64,000 nt of DNA from Candidatus Latescibacterota bacterium (GCA_963422735.1 OY730476.1:2208001-2272000), one strand, 5' to 3'; shown: positions 29,001 through 39,878, counted from the stretch's first letter. Notes: a model not told the origin generated them from the letters alone. Program-made: numbers and translations.

Positions 29001-30764
29001 ATGACCCCGCGCCCCAACATCGTCTTCGTCCTCACCGACGACCAAGGCTACGGCGACCTTGGCTGCCACGGCAACGAGGTGATCCGCACGCCTTGCCTCG
29101 ACCACTTCCACCAAGACGCCGCGCGCTTCACCGACTACCACGTCGGCTCCACCTGTGCCCCCACCCGCGCCGGCCTTCTCACCGGCCACTACTGCAATAG
29201 CACCGGTGTCTGGCACACCATCGGCGGCCGCTCGCTGTTGCGCTCCGATGAGTGGACCCTTGCGGACGCGCTTACCAGCGCTGGGTATCGCACCGGGCAC
29301 TTTGGCAAGTGGCATCTCGGCGATAGCCCGCCCTACCGCCCGCACGAGCGCGGCTTTGCCGAATCCGTGTACCACGCTGGCGGCGGCATCGGCAACACGG
29401 GCGACGCCTGGGGCAACGACTACTTTGACGACACCTATTTCAAAAACGGCGTCCCCACCCCGTACGAGGGCTACTGCACGGACGTGTTCTTCCGCGAGGG
29501 TCGGCGCTTTATCGAAGAAAACGCCGACGGACCGTTCTTCTGTTATATCGCCACCAACGCGCCGCACGGGCCGCTCAACATCGCGCCGCGCTACGTCGGG
29601 CAATACCGCGACACCACTCCGCACGAAGACCGCGCTCGCTTCTACGGCATGATCACCAACATCGACGAGAACTTCGGCCGCTTGCAAGTTATGCTCGACG
29701 AGTTGGGCGTCGCTGACAATACCATCCTCATCTTTATGACCGACAACGGCACGGCCACAGGCGTCGAATTAGACGCCGAGCAGTTCCCCCGCGAAGGGCC
29801 GGGCAGCTACAACGCTGGAATGCGCGGGAAAAAAGGTTCCCCGTACGAAGGCGGTCATCGCGTACCCTTTCTCATCCGCTATCCCAACGGGCAAATCGCC
29901 GGCGGCCGCGACATCGACGCGCTGACCAGCTACGTGGATTTCATGCCGACCCTGCTCGACTTGTGCGGGGTCGAAATACCGGCCGGGCGCACCTTTCACG
30001 GCCAAAGTCTAGTGCCGCTTTTACGCGGTGCAGACGATGCGGCTTGGGCCGATCGCGTCACCGTCTGCGACACCCAGCGCGTCGCCGATCCGGTCAAGTG
30101 GCGTAAGAGCGCGGTGATGCAGGGCAAGTGGCGGCTCATCGACGGTCGCACGCTCTACGACCTCGATGCGGATCCCGGCCAGCGTCAGGATATCGCCGCC
30201 GCGCATCCCGACATCGTCGCCGAGCTGCGCGCTTCGTACGATGAGTGGTGGGAGCTCGTGTCCGAGCAGTTCGGCCGCGACGAGCCGATTGCCTTGGGCG
30301 GGGACGACCAACCGGCTAAACTCACCACCCACGATATCCGCAATGAGGCGTGTAGCGCCGTCTGGAATCAGCGCCAAGTCCGCGCCGGGCAGGTTACGAG
30401 TGGTTTTTGGGCCGTCGATGTCAAAGAGGCGGGCCGTTACCAGATTGAGCTGCGGCGCTGGCCCGAAGAAACCGGCTATTCGCTTACTGCGGGGATTGAG
30501 GGCGACGACAGCGGCTGGTATCGCGCTGGCATCCAGCCGAAAGATGCTCCGGCCTACGAAGGCGGGATCGCCCTCCCCCTCGGTTGGGCACAGCTATCCA
30601 TCGGCGGCCAGAATCTCCAGCAAGAAGTCGATCCCACCGCGACGAGTGCCCGCTTTGAGACCGACCTCGCCGCTGGTCCCGACCGGCTCTACGCCTCGTT
30701 CTACGATCGCGCCGAGCGGATTATCGCCCCTTACTACGCGTACGTGCGGCGGCTGTCGGCCTAG
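29001..30764 (+). CDS. Arylsulfatase (Cys-type)
   Basis: PNIVFVLTDDQG, CAPTRAGLLTG, GKWHLG, TDNG. Confidence 0.93.
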   Translation: MTPRPNIVFVLTDDQGYGDLGCHGNEVIRTPCLDHFHQDAARFTDYHVGSTCAPTRAGLLTGHYCNSTGVWHTIGGRSLLRSDEWTLADALTSAGYRTGHFGKWHLGDSPPYRPHERGFAESVYHAGGGIGNTGDAWGNDYFDDTYFKNGVPTPYEGYCTDVFFREGRRFIEENADGPFFCYIATNAPHGPLNIAPRYVGQYRDTTPHEDRARFYGMITNIDENFGRLQVMLDELGVADNTILIFMTDNGTATGVELDAEQFPREGPGSYNAGMRGKKGSPYEGGHRVPFLIRYPNGQIAGGRDIDALTSYVDFMPTLLDLCGVEIPAGRTFHGQSLVPLLRGADDAAWADRVTVCDTQRVADPVKWRKSAVMQGKWRLIDGRTLYDLDADPGQRQDIAAAHPDIVAELRASYDEWWELVSEQFGRDEPIALGGDDQPAKLTTHDIRNEACSAVWNQRQVRAGQVTSGFWAVDVKEAGRYQIELRRWPEETGYSLTAGIEGDDSGWYRAGIQPKDAPAYEGGIALPLGWAQLSIGGQNLQQEVDPTATSARFETDLAAGPDRLYASFYDRAERIIAPYYAYVRRLSA

Positions 30765-30955
30765 CGCGTATGTGCCAGATTTTTAACAGTTTAGACCGCG
30801 CTTCCCTTTTGGTCATTCACTCCCTGATCGGCACTATATTGCTCTCGACGCCAGCATACGCCCTGTCAAGCTCTTTCTGTATTGCGAGATGCCGTCACCA
30901 GCCGGCAATGGCGGCACGTCCTTCCCGGTTAATTGGCCTATCCCTTCCGGCGCGG

Positions 30956-31135
30956 CTACCCATCGCTTGACGAGTCGGCGGGAACAGGTCTTGGCGACAA
31001 CGAGACCATCTCATGGTCGCTTTTTTTTTCTGACTCGCGAGCAGCGCGGCAAATGGCCTTAATGTCGTAATGATACCGCGCCGCATACTCTTCGCGTATG
31101 CGCCGGACTTCTTCAACGATTGGATCGCGCCACAT
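30956..31135 (-). CDS. Small PIN-associated protein (putative antitoxin), 59 aa
   Basis: MWRDPIVEEVRRIREEYAARYHYDIKAI; directly follows the PIN gene. Confidence 0.65.
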   Translation of the reverse strand: MWRDPIVEEVRRIREEYAARYHYDIKAICRAARESEKKSDHEMVSLSPRPVPADSSSDG

Positions 31136-31139
31136 GATG

Positions 31140-31612
31140 TTAGACCTCCATGAGTTCTTGGGGGGTACAGATAGTTGGTGGTTCGTACCCGAAGGATCGG
31201 CAAATAGCCTCAATTCGAGGACGAAGCACAGCATTGGCAATATGCGTACAATTCCAGGTTAGTAGGTATTCCATGTCGCAAACGGTTGCAATTGCGACGT
31301 GTAAGGCATCCACTTGTGCCTTCTCAGGTAGAGGCACTTGGCGGACCAATGCATCGGCTAAAGTCTCAACAGATTCGGTGACAGCAAGTTGCCGGATAGT
31401 AGCGATCATATCCAAACGCGCTTTCGCGAGAACCGCGTCTCCCGCTACACACTCATTGATAACAAATTGCGAAATGAAAAGGTCAAAATTTTCGCGTCGG
31501 TCGTTCCCCAATCGTGGGTCAATTGCTGGTTTGCCGCCGAGACCAAATCACGACTTGGTCTCGATGTGAGGTAACTGATGAAGCTGGTTTCGATGTAAAC
31601 TGTAGATTTCAT
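31140..31612 (-). pseudogene. PIN-domain toxin, frameshifted
   Basis: MKSTVYIETSFISYL..THDW / ..DALHVAIA..YLLTWNCTHIAN..ICTPQEL; span is 1 nt short, shift near 31508. Confidence 0.82.
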
Positions 31613-31624
31613 AATCTTGGCAAT

Positions 31625-31790
31625 CACTTAGCTTCAACCGATTCGCCGTTATTTTTCATATCGGCATACACCATGTCGAGCTCTTGCTGAATTGCGAGCG
31701 TCAGCCCAATGGCCGTCACCATCCGGCAGTAGGTGAGGATGTCGGCGAGGTTGAGGCAGCGATCCTGGCGATACCCCAATCACTTGGTAA
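31625..31790 (-). pseudogene. C-terminal remnant resembling a type ISP restriction-modification enzyme
   Basis: K*LGYRQDRCLNLADILTYCRMVTAIGLTLAIQQELDMVY resembles the KWLxxR..L..DI..Y..IV.AL.ET..Q.EID tail. Confidence 0.5.
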
Positions 31791-31959
31791 AACCGAGAGT
31801 TGCATATGTGTCTCGCTTCCTGATGATCTGGCAGTCCGTGTACTCGATTAACGTGTCGCGGACTGCCCGTGTTAGTTGTCGACTTTCGCCAACGTGCGCA
31901 GCTCGAATTGGCTCCAATTTATACCACTTCTATTGCAGTGCCTTCTAATACTCTTGGAT

Positions 31960-33458
31960 TCATTCCCGCTCCTTGTGAATCCACCCCCAGAATAGATTAT
32001 CGCGCTCATTGCCCGCCGCCAAGTATTCGGCCTTGAGCTGTGACAGCGCGTCACCGGCGTAGTCTTCGTCCAGCGCGAGGCCGTATTGCCCGGCGGCGTT
32101 AATGCCGAAGATCGCGTTTTTCACCGGACCGTCGGCCGGGCCGGGCCGAGCGGCGCTAGATCGAGCTTGTCCTGCAAGTCGGGCGGCAGTTCAATCCGGC
32201 GAAAGGCCTCAATCTGCCGTTGCGGCGAGCCAAACCAAATCGAATCCGCCCCCCACAACACCTGATCAACGCCGAGTCCCTTGACTAATTTGGCCACCAT
32301 GGCCGCGGCCAGTCGCGGATGCGTAATCGCCAGCGCCCCGAACGACAGGCCAATATCCGCGTACACGTTCGACACCCCGTATTCAGCCGGGATGGCAGCC
32401 AGCTCGTCGATCCAAGCCAGCCGCCCGGTACGCTCAAATTCCTCGCGGACCGCTTCGGCGTCTCGCCATATCTTCAAACCCGCGTGGTAGATGTGAAAAT
32501 TCAGGTCGGGCCACGCTGCCGCCGCGCCGCCCACGTCCTCGACACTGGCGTATTGCCAGTTGGAAATGCGCTCGTAGTCAATCGGCAAAACGCCCTTGTG
32601 GATGCAGATGTTGCGCGCGCCGAGCTGGCGGGCCTTTTCGTAGGTGGGCCACGTCCGTTCTTCGTCGTCGAGACGCTAAGGCCGGTCAAAGGTGGGATGG
32701 TAGCCCAGCACATCGCCGATGGTGTAGCCCTTCCAAGAGTCCACCTTCAATTCCGTTGCCGCCGGTTCCATCAGTTCAAGGTACTCCGATGCACTCGGCC
32801 AGATGACCCCGTGGGCGAACATCCGCCGCGTACCGGCAATCTTGTTGACTTGGTCCCGCGTGGCGACCATCTGCCGATCGGACAACAGCGTCTTTTCGGG
32901 ATCGACCGAAGGCGAGGTGCTCAACAGCGCGAGCGTGGTATCGCTGTCGAAAAACATGTCTTTGACGTAGTAATCGAACTTGTAGTACTTCAGGTCCAGC
33001 TCCTGCTCAACCAGCACTGGATTCCAAGGGGTCCGGGCTTGGTTGTTGCCCCGCGCCACATCGCGCAGCCAGAGCTGGCCTTCCCAAGTGTAGTCCTCGC
33101 GCACGTGGTGGGTGTGGACGTCAAAGATAAACTGGTCGCGAGTTTGGTTGCGCTGGTCTTTGGCGGCCGCGGGGTCTTCGGCCTCTGTGGATCGACGCGA
33201 TAGACATCGCCATAGACTTGACTCATCGCCATAAACGCCGCGGCCATGCCGCTGGGCGAGTGGAGATACCGCTGGCGGTATCTCCTAGAAATCGGTCTTT
33301 TCGCACATCAGCACCTCAGCCTGAGCTTGGCGGCGAGACTGCGGCGGCGGGAAGCACTCACCGCTGGATACGACTTGGGTAGGGATGGGCGTCTCGACCC
33401 GCTTGCGGTAGCCGCGCTGCACATGCAGCAACTGCCTTGCGGTGAGCCAATCAGACAT
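31960..33458 (-). pseudogene. Amidohydrolase-family pseudogene (multiple stops/frameshifts)
   Basis: ETPIPTQVVSSGE, GMAAAFMAM, FIFDVHTH, DSDTTLALLS, WKGY, ICIHKG, YHAG, WGADSIWFGSPQ in shifting frames. Confidence 0.82.
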
Positions 33459-33583
33459 GGTTAGGGTCCTTTCTTGTGACTGAAGATACGCTACAATAGC
33501 CGTAGTGCATTAATCCGCCGCACTTTACTTTCATCCCCACGCCGAGCACACCACGTGCGCCGGCTTCACTCGGAGGGTTTATC

Positions 33584-34585
33584 ATGCGCATCGGCATCAT
33601 GGGCGTTCACTACGGCCACATCAGGGGCATGATCCAGTCCGCCTTACAGGCGCAAAACGGGCACATCGTCGGCTTGGTTGAAGACGACGACGCGCTGTGT
33701 GCGCGCTACGCATCCATCCCCCGCTTTGCCACTTTAGAGGACATGATCGCCCGCGCCCGACCCGATCTAATCCTCGAAGGCTTGATCCACCACGAGAAAA
33801 CCGCGCTCGTGGAGACCTGCGCCCGCGCCGGTATTCACCTGCTCCTCGATAAACCCCTGTGCCGCACGCTCGACGACTGGGATCGCATGCGCTGCGCTGT
33901 CGCCGAGTGTGCGATCCACGTGTCCATGTGGTTTACCTCGCGCAGCTATCCGCCGTTTATCGCCCTGCGCCAAGCCATTCTCGACGGTGCGCTCGGGACC
34001 CTCGCCAGCCTCATCTCCACCCACCCGCACAAGCTCGGCCGCTCGACGGCCCCGGCGTGGTATTTCGACCCGAATCAGTACACGGGCACGTTCCACGATC
34101 TGGCTTGCCACGGCGTCGATCAAATCCGCTGGCTCACCGGGGCCGAATGTGTCGGCGTCCACGCCCTCACCACTTGCAAGCGGTTCACGGCCGAGCCGCG
34201 CCTAGACGACCACGTGCAGGCTTCCTTCGAGCTATCCGACGGCGCATTAGCAACCCTCACCGCCGACTGGCTCACGCCCCAAGCGGCGCCCTCGTTTGGC
34301 GACACCCGCTTCATCGTCATGGGCACAGCCGGCTCGGCGCACCTGCGCGCTTATGCCGACGATCACCTGCTCATCGCCACCAACGAGCGCGGTCCGTACT
34401 CACCCGATTTGCCCGCAGACCGAAGCGGCGCATTCGTCGCCAACCTAATCGACGCCATTGAACGCAGCACCGACCTCTTCATCCCCACCCGATCGGTGTT
34501 CGCCACGGCCCAAGCCTGCCTGTTGGCCCAAGAGTCCGCCCGGCAAGGGGGCGCGTTCCTCCGCATTCCGCCGTTTGCGCTATGA
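33584..34585 (+). CDS. Gfo/Idh/MocA oxidoreductase
   Basis: RIGIMG, LDKP, DLACHGVD. Confidence 0.88.
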   Translation: MRIGIMGVHYGHIRGMIQSALQAQNGHIVGLVEDDDALCARYASIPRFATLEDMIARARPDLILEGLIHHEKTALVETCARAGIHLLLDKPLCRTLDDWDRMRCAVAECAIHVSMWFTSRSYPPFIALRQAILDGALGTLASLISTHPHKLGRSTAPAWYFDPNQYTGTFHDLACHGVDQIRWLTGAECVGVHALTTCKRFTAEPRLDDHVQASFELSDGALATLTADWLTPQAAPSFGDTRFIVMGTAGSAHLRAYADDHLLIATNERGPYSPDLPADRSGAFVANLIDAIERSTDLFIPTRSVFATAQACLLAQESARQGGAFLRIPPFAL

Positions 34586-35343
34586 GCGACAAGTTCGGCA
34601 TGGACCTAGCCGCCGAATTAGGATCGCAGATCCAAAAGGTCGAGCCGCGCTTTGGGCTAGCGTCTTTCCTCGCGTCCTTCGCCCACACGTCAAACGGCGG
34701 TTGGGCCAGCCAAATCGCCGCAGCCCTCGCTGAGCACCTGCCGCCCCACTACCCCGACGCCCTGCGTATCTTGCACCAGATCCTCGGCCCAATGCACCCC
34801 GCCGACTACCCCATACCCGACCAAGGCTACAAGCTAGCACCCATCGCCCATTTTGTCGCTCAATACGGGCAGGCGCACTTTGCCACGTCTATGGCCGCAC
34901 TCGCCGCACTGGCCACGCGCACGTATGCCGCCCAAGTCGCACTGCGCTCGTTCATAGCGCTCCAGCCCGAACGCACACTGGCGCAATTGTACGCGTGGAC
35001 CAAGCATCCCAACGCCCGCATCCGCCGCCTCGTCAGCGACGCCACGCGCCCTCGTCTGCGCCTGCGGATCATGCCCGGGGTCAACCAACTAACCGCCTTC
35101 ATCGCCGACCCGCGCCCCCTGCTCGACTTGCTGGAGTACCTAAAAGACGACCCCTGCCCCCAAGTGCGGAAATCCGTGGCCGGCAACCTAAGCGACATCC
35201 TCAAAGACAACCCCGACGCCGCGTACGCCTGTCTAACGCGCTGGCGCGCCGATGCCAGCAAGCAACGCGTACAAATCGTGCGCCACGCTCTGCGCTCTGC
35301 GCGCAAAAAAGGCGATCCGCGCGCCCTCGCCTTACTCCCGTAA
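34582..35343 (+). CDS. DNA alkylation repair (AlkC/AlkD-like HEAT) protein
   Basis: IRRLVSDATRPRL, LKDDP..VRKSVAGNLSDILKDNP, RHALRS. Confidence 0.75.
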   Translation: MSDKFGMDLAAELGSQIQKVEPRFGLASFLASFAHTSNGGWASQIAAALAEHLPPHYPDALRILHQILGPMHPADYPIPDQGYKLAPIAHFVAQYGQAHFATSMAALAALATRTYAAQVALRSFIALQPERTLAQLYAWTKHPNARIRRLVSDATRPRLRLRIMPGVNQLTAFIADPRPLLDLLEYLKDDPCPQVRKSVAGNLSDILKDNPDAAYACLTRWRADASKQRVQIVRHALRSARKKGDPRALALLP

Positions 35344-35373
35344 TTCGCAATTTCTTCAGCGAGGTATAAAACC

Positions 35374-36837
35374 ATGTCCACCACGCTCATCGACCCAAAA
35401 AAGCACCGCCAGCTCTTCCTCGACAGTCGCGCCTTAGTCTCTGAACAAGGCACCGCCCGCACTCTGCACCCTCCCAAAAGGTGCGGCCCCTGCATCACCG
35501 GCGGCATCCAGAGCCGCAGCGCACCCTTGTGGAACCCGGACGAGGCGCACTACGAATGGTGGTACAACGGCCCGCAGGCCCGCTTTGCCATCTCCCGCGA
35601 CGGCGAGCACTGGGAGCAACCCTCCCTCGGGTTATGCGAATGGGACGGCAGCAAAGACAACAACATCGCCTGCGACCCCAACGGCCCGGGCCTGTACCAC
35701 ATCGTCCGCGACGAGCGCGATCCAGACCCGAGCCGCCGCTACAAGGCCCTGTTCGACGCGCTCGACGGCCGCTGCGGCGCCATTTCGCCCGACGGCTTTG
35801 CCTGGACCCCGCTCACCAGCTCCTTTATCCCCAGCCAAGACGAGTCCCAGTTCGCGTACGATCCCTATACAGAGCAGTACCTCGCCTTGGTCAAGCAACC
35901 CACCGAGTGGGGCCGCTCGGTCTGGCTGGCGACCAGCCGCGATTTCGACCACTTCACCGCGCCCGAACTCATCTTACACGCCGACGAAACCGACTGGGAA
36001 AACTGCCGTCAGCGCGTCCGCACCATCATCGAAGACCCAGCGTACATCACCCCACCAATCGTCGATGACGAAGACTACCACGCCGAGATCTACAACATGG
36101 CCGTCATGCCCTATCAGGGGCTGTACATCGGCTTCCCCACGGTTTTCAACCCCATCGGTGCCATCCCGCCGCCAGCCACCAACTTCACCCGCATCAACCA
36201 GATCGAAATGGCGGTCTCGCGCGACCTGCACACTTGGGATCGCGTGGCCGACCGCACGCCCTTTATCGGCATTGAACCCTTTGACGGGGAAAACTACGGC
36301 ACCAGCCAGCTCCTCATGGCCGGTGCGCCGCTGGTGCGCGAAGATGGCGAGATTTGGATTTACTACAACGCCCTTCGCATACCGAGTAGCGTGGAAATGT
36401 ACCGGCGCTTCAACCGCTGCAAGGAGTTATTCCGGCTCGGAGTAGAAGAGCGCCACTTCGCCGACCCGGGCGCACTCTGCTTGGCCAAGCTGCCGCCCGA
36501 CCGCTTCGTCTCCATCGACGGCGACGAAATCGCCACCCTCGTCACCCAGCCCTTCCACTGGCGCGGCGAAGACCTCTACCTCAACGCCGACGCCCGCTGG
36601 GGCGCGATATACGCCGAGATCCAAGACGCCGAGACCGGCCGGCCCCATCCCGGCTTCTGGGTGCCCGGGGAGGAACCACCGCCTTTCACCGGCGACAGCC
36701 TGCGGGGCAAATACGCGTGGAAACACCCGCATGACTTGGTATTTGAAAAACCAGTGCGCCTAAAGTTCTACCTGCACCAAGCGCGGCTATACGCCTATTG
36801 GCTGGAAGACCGCAATAATGCACGACGTGCTGAGTAG
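35374..36837 (+). CDS. Hypothetical beta-propeller glycosidase-like protein (GH32/GH43-like)
   Basis: QLFLD start, Asp-boxes SRDGEHW, SPDGFAW, SRDLHTW; LYLNADA C-terminal sandwich. Confidence 0.65.
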   Translation: MSTTLIDPKKHRQLFLDSRALVSEQGTARTLHPPKRCGPCITGGIQSRSAPLWNPDEAHYEWWYNGPQARFAISRDGEHWEQPSLGLCEWDGSKDNNIACDPNGPGLYHIVRDERDPDPSRRYKALFDALDGRCGAISPDGFAWTPLTSSFIPSQDESQFAYDPYTEQYLALVKQPTEWGRSVWLATSRDFDHFTAPELILHADETDWENCRQRVRTIIEDPAYITPPIVDDEDYHAEIYNMAVMPYQGLYIGFPTVFNPIGAIPPPATNFTRINQIEMAVSRDLHTWDRVADRTPFIGIEPFDGENYGTSQLLMAGAPLVREDGEIWIYYNALRIPSSVEMYRRFNRCKELFRLGVEERHFADPGALCLAKLPPDRFVSIDGDEIATLVTQPFHWRGEDLYLNADARWGAIYAEIQDAETGRPHPGFWVPGEEPPPFTGDSLRGKYAWKHPHDLVFEKPVRLKFYLHQARLYAYWLEDRNNARRAE

Positions 36838-36997
36838 GGATCTACACCGCGTCGAGAACTACCGCCGCGGCTACACAGCACCGACAGCGCGGCTTCCGCG
36901 CTGCTACGTGTATTGACCTGCTTTTGAAGTACTAGAAATCCGTAGGATTGGATTTGTGGAGGTAAGGTAACGCTCGACCCTGTACAGTATCAATTTC

Positions 36998-37209
36998 CGG
37001 AATTTCCTAGTGTACGGTTGGGGATTCCGGTTTCATGTAGGCGGTATCACTCGGCTGGCCCGTAGCCCTCGTCCGGGCCCGCGCGGTCCCCCGCGTCAAT
37101 GTTCCGGGGCCCGTCGCCGGGTACCCGCCGCCAAGGGGGCGGATGGGACTGATCACTAACCACTGATCACTAACCACTGATTAAACAGTCCTTATTCTAG
37201 AAAAGTCCG
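36998..37209. mobile_element. MITE, IS1595-family (ISNha5-like ends), copy 2, inverted, 212 bp
   Basis: Reverse complement aligns with 25662-25852; TSD TCAATTTC / TCAGTTTC (7/8). Confidence 0.88.
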
Positions 37210-37219
37210 TCAGTTTCGG

Positions 37220-37474
37220 CTAGCCCGAAAAGACCTTAATGGCCACCGTCAACAGCAAGCCCATCATCGCCGCCCACATGCCGATCATCGTGCCAATCAG
37301 CCAGCGAAAATCCCGTCAGTGGCTGCTCTCCAAGCTGTTCATGCGGCTCTCTAAGTCGCTCTTCACGCTGCTTATGTGGGCCTCCAAGCTGCCTAAGCGG
37401 TCGTTGATCTGCTCAGTAATGCCTTCGAGGCGGCCAATGCGGTCGCCGTAGTCGAGGGGGGAACGTTCTGCCAT
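37220..37474 (-). pseudogene. Short coiled-coil plus C-terminal TM protein (DUF1640-like) with in-frame TGA
   Basis: MAERS..RIGRLEG..LESSH*RDFRWLIGTMIGMWAAMMGLLLTVAIK; GGAG RBS. Confidence 0.65.
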
Positions 37475-37580
37475 GCCTGCCTCTCCTTCTTGGTAGGCTA
37501 ACGTATTCGCCGCCGGGCACCTATTCAATAGAGAACCCTGCTGTTCGGCAAAAGCAAAACGCGGACCAGAAGCGCTAGCT

Positions 37581-39533
37581 TCAGCGCACCAACGTCATCT
37601 TCCCGGTCCGCACCCCACCCACAGCATCCAAGCGATACAGGTACACGCCGCTGGCCACCGCCCGTCCCGCGTCGTCTCGCCCATCCCATCGCGCCACGTG
37701 CCACCCCGAGGCCGCCCCGCCCTGCACGAGGATCCGCACCTGCTGGCCGTTTAGCGCATAGACCGCCAGATGCACTGGCCCGGCGGCTGGCAGCGCGTAG
37801 CGAATCGCGGTCGTTGCGTTGAACGGGTTGGGATAATTGGCGGCCAACGCCAGCGCGACTGGCTGCGACGCGGCTTCGGGGAGCACCGCCGTCAGCATCG
37901 GCCCCACAATCCGCAGTTCGTCGAACCAGAACTGGACCCCGTCTAAGGCGTGGTGTTCGGCTACAATGTCGAAGCGATCGACGGCCTGCCAGTCGAACGC
38001 GCCGATCGGATTGAACCACTCATTCTCCCAAGCCCCGTGTTCGGCGAGGTCGCGCAAGGGGATGTGCATCGCGTGCCACGCGCCGTCCCAAGCGGCCACT
38101 TGCTCATCTATGGTGTAGCGCATGCGCCAAGGATGGTCGTCCGGGTCTTCTGCATCCGTATCGACCAACCGGATATCGAACGACGACCCCGGGGTATCCC
38201 CCCGCACCCAGAACTCGACCGCATAGCCCGCCGTGGCCAACGCGGACAGGTCCTTGAAGGGCTTGAAATCGAAGCCAATGAATCCGTAGAGCGGCACCCC
38301 GGTCCAGCGCATGCAGTAACGGCCCACTGCTGGATCCGCCTCGACATAGTAATCGACCGTGCCCGCACTGAGATGGTTGGACTCGACCATGTGCGGGCCG
38401 AGGAAGTCGTCGTAGAGCACAAAACCCTGCTGGTCCGGCTCGGCCATAAAATCCCGTTGCGGCGGCACGTTCAGCCCCAACGCCTCCAACAGGGGCACGT
38501 TCAGGTCAAACTCGAACAACTCGCTCGACCCGCGCTCAAACAGCCCAAAACCGCCTCGGTAGTCCCAAATAGTCCACGCGATGCCCCGGTCCTCCAAGTG
38601 CTGCCGCACCCCCTCGTACCACAAGACGCGGTCGCGGTTGTCGCTGTTGGGGCTGAACACTCCAAATTCCCCGCAAAAAAGCGGCACGCCGCGATCCTTC
38701 TGAAAGGCCGCAGCCTCGTCGATCAGGATGCGCACCTGCGCGATGGTGCCCTCTTGGCTGTAATTGCCCAGCGCATTGCCGACCCAAGTGCCCAGCAGGG
38801 AGGGGGGCAAGGCGGGCATGTGCGCCCGCTCGTAGGGAAAGGGCACACCGCGCAGCGGCACCAAGGAGGGATCGACCCAGCTAGCCCCTTGGTGGGTAAA
38901 GACGAAAGGCTCGTAGAAGTGAAACGTGTACACGAGGTTGTCGTCGGCAAAAACCGGCATCCGGTGCAGGTTGCGGAAGCTGTTCCAGTTGGACGGGCCA
39001 ACGACGATTGCGTGCTGCTGATCAACCTGCCGGATCGCGTCGATTACCTGTTGCTGGATCGCGTTCCAAGCCGCGTCGCTAATACCGTGCGGCTCGTTGA
39101 GGATCTCGTAGTAGAGCTGGGCCGGATGCGCGGCAAAGTGCGCGGCGAGCTGGGTCCACACCGGCACCAACACGTCGCCGACCTGCGGCGAGGTACTCAC
39201 CGCCGGATCGAACGTGTGGTTATCCAAGATCAGATGCAGCCCCAACTCGTCGGCCCAATCCGCGATTTGATCTAGAAAGACGTAGAGCAAGGGGTCGATG
39301 CGATAGTCCGGCGGGCCGCTGGTCATGGCGTGCAGATTAATCGGCAGGCGCACCACATCGCAGCCGAGCTGTTGGATCTGCGCGAAGTCGGCCCGGCTAA
39401 ACTTGGCAAAGTGTACGTGCTGCGCACTGGGCACTTGCAGCCAATTGGTCAGGTTGACGCCCCGTCGGAACGGGATTTCGGCACTCCACGCAGCGGCAGT
39501 CCAACACAAAAGCATGAGACAAACTTTTCGCAT
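37581..39533 (-). CDS. Secreted GH5 glycoside hydrolase with CBM-like module and FlgD/T9SS-like C-terminal domain
   Basis: Signal peptide, RGVNL, YEILNEP, CGEFG, NYPNPFN..WDGRDDAGRAVASGVY. Confidence 0.9.
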   Translation of the reverse strand: MRKVCLMLLCWTAAAWSAEIPFRRGVNLTNWLQVPSAQHVHFAKFSRADFAQIQQLGCDVVRLPINLHAMTSGPPDYRIDPLLYVFLDQIADWADELGLHLILDNHTFDPAVSTSPQVGDVLVPVWTQLAAHFAAHPAQLYYEILNEPHGISDAAWNAIQQQVIDAIRQVDQQHAIVVGPSNWNSFRNLHRMPVFADDNLVYTFHFYEPFVFTHQGASWVDPSLVPLRGVPFPYERAHMPALPPSLLGTWVGNALGNYSQEGTIAQVRILIDEAAAFQKDRGVPLFCGEFGVFSPNSDNRDRVLWYEGVRQHLEDRGIAWTIWDYRGGFGLFERGSSELFEFDLNVPLLEALGLNVPPQRDFMAEPDQQGFVLYDDFLGPHMVESNHLSAGTVDYYVEADPAVGRYCMRWTGVPLYGFIGFDFKPFKDLSALATAGYAVEFWVRGDTPGSSFDIRLVDTDAEDPDDHPWRMRYTIDEQVAAWDGAWHAMHIPLRDLAEHGAWENEWFNPIGAFDWQAVDRFDIVAEHHALDGVQFWFDELRIVGPMLTAVLPEAASQPVALALAANYPNPFNATTAIRYALPAAGPVHLAVYALNGQQVRILVQGGAASGWHVARWDGRDDAGRAVASGVYLYRLDAVGGVRTGKMTLVR

Positions 39534-39536
39534 TCC

Positions 39537-39878
39537 CTAATCCTCACTCCCGCCAACAGCATCGGCAACGCTCGCAGTTGGCGTTTTAGGGGATCCAGCA
39601 CATACCCCGAGGCCCATACCGAGAAGATGGCTATCGCCGGGCTCGCCCGCGGCCGCCCGCTGTTCCTTGTAGCGAAACAGTGCATCGCCCAAATGGCGTT
39701 CGATCTGGTCGCCATTGGCCAAGGTAAAGGTCCGACGAGAGTGCTGCCGAATGCCCAAGGCCTCTAGGACAGGACGTTGGACGACCGAATAGACGGCACC
39801 GGAGTCCACTAAAAAACGCTCGGTGTGAAAGCCCTCGGAGCGAGCGGAGTTGGCGATGGCGAGAAAGGTACGTCCCAT
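39537..39878 (-). pseudogene. Retropepsin-like aspartyl protease, C-terminally deleted/frameshifted
   Basis: FLVDSGA, FTLANG, GEPGDSHLLG; native tail VLDPLKRQLRALPMLLA is in another frame. Confidence 0.72.

Noticed and set aside
36998-37060. Group II intron domain V (GTACGGTT)
   Set aside because: No AGC/CGC triad stem and no RT; lies inside the MITE end
25662-37209. Composite transposon or invertible segment bounded by the two inverted MITEs
   Set aside because: Each copy has its own matching TSD; outer flanks differ and are not swapped
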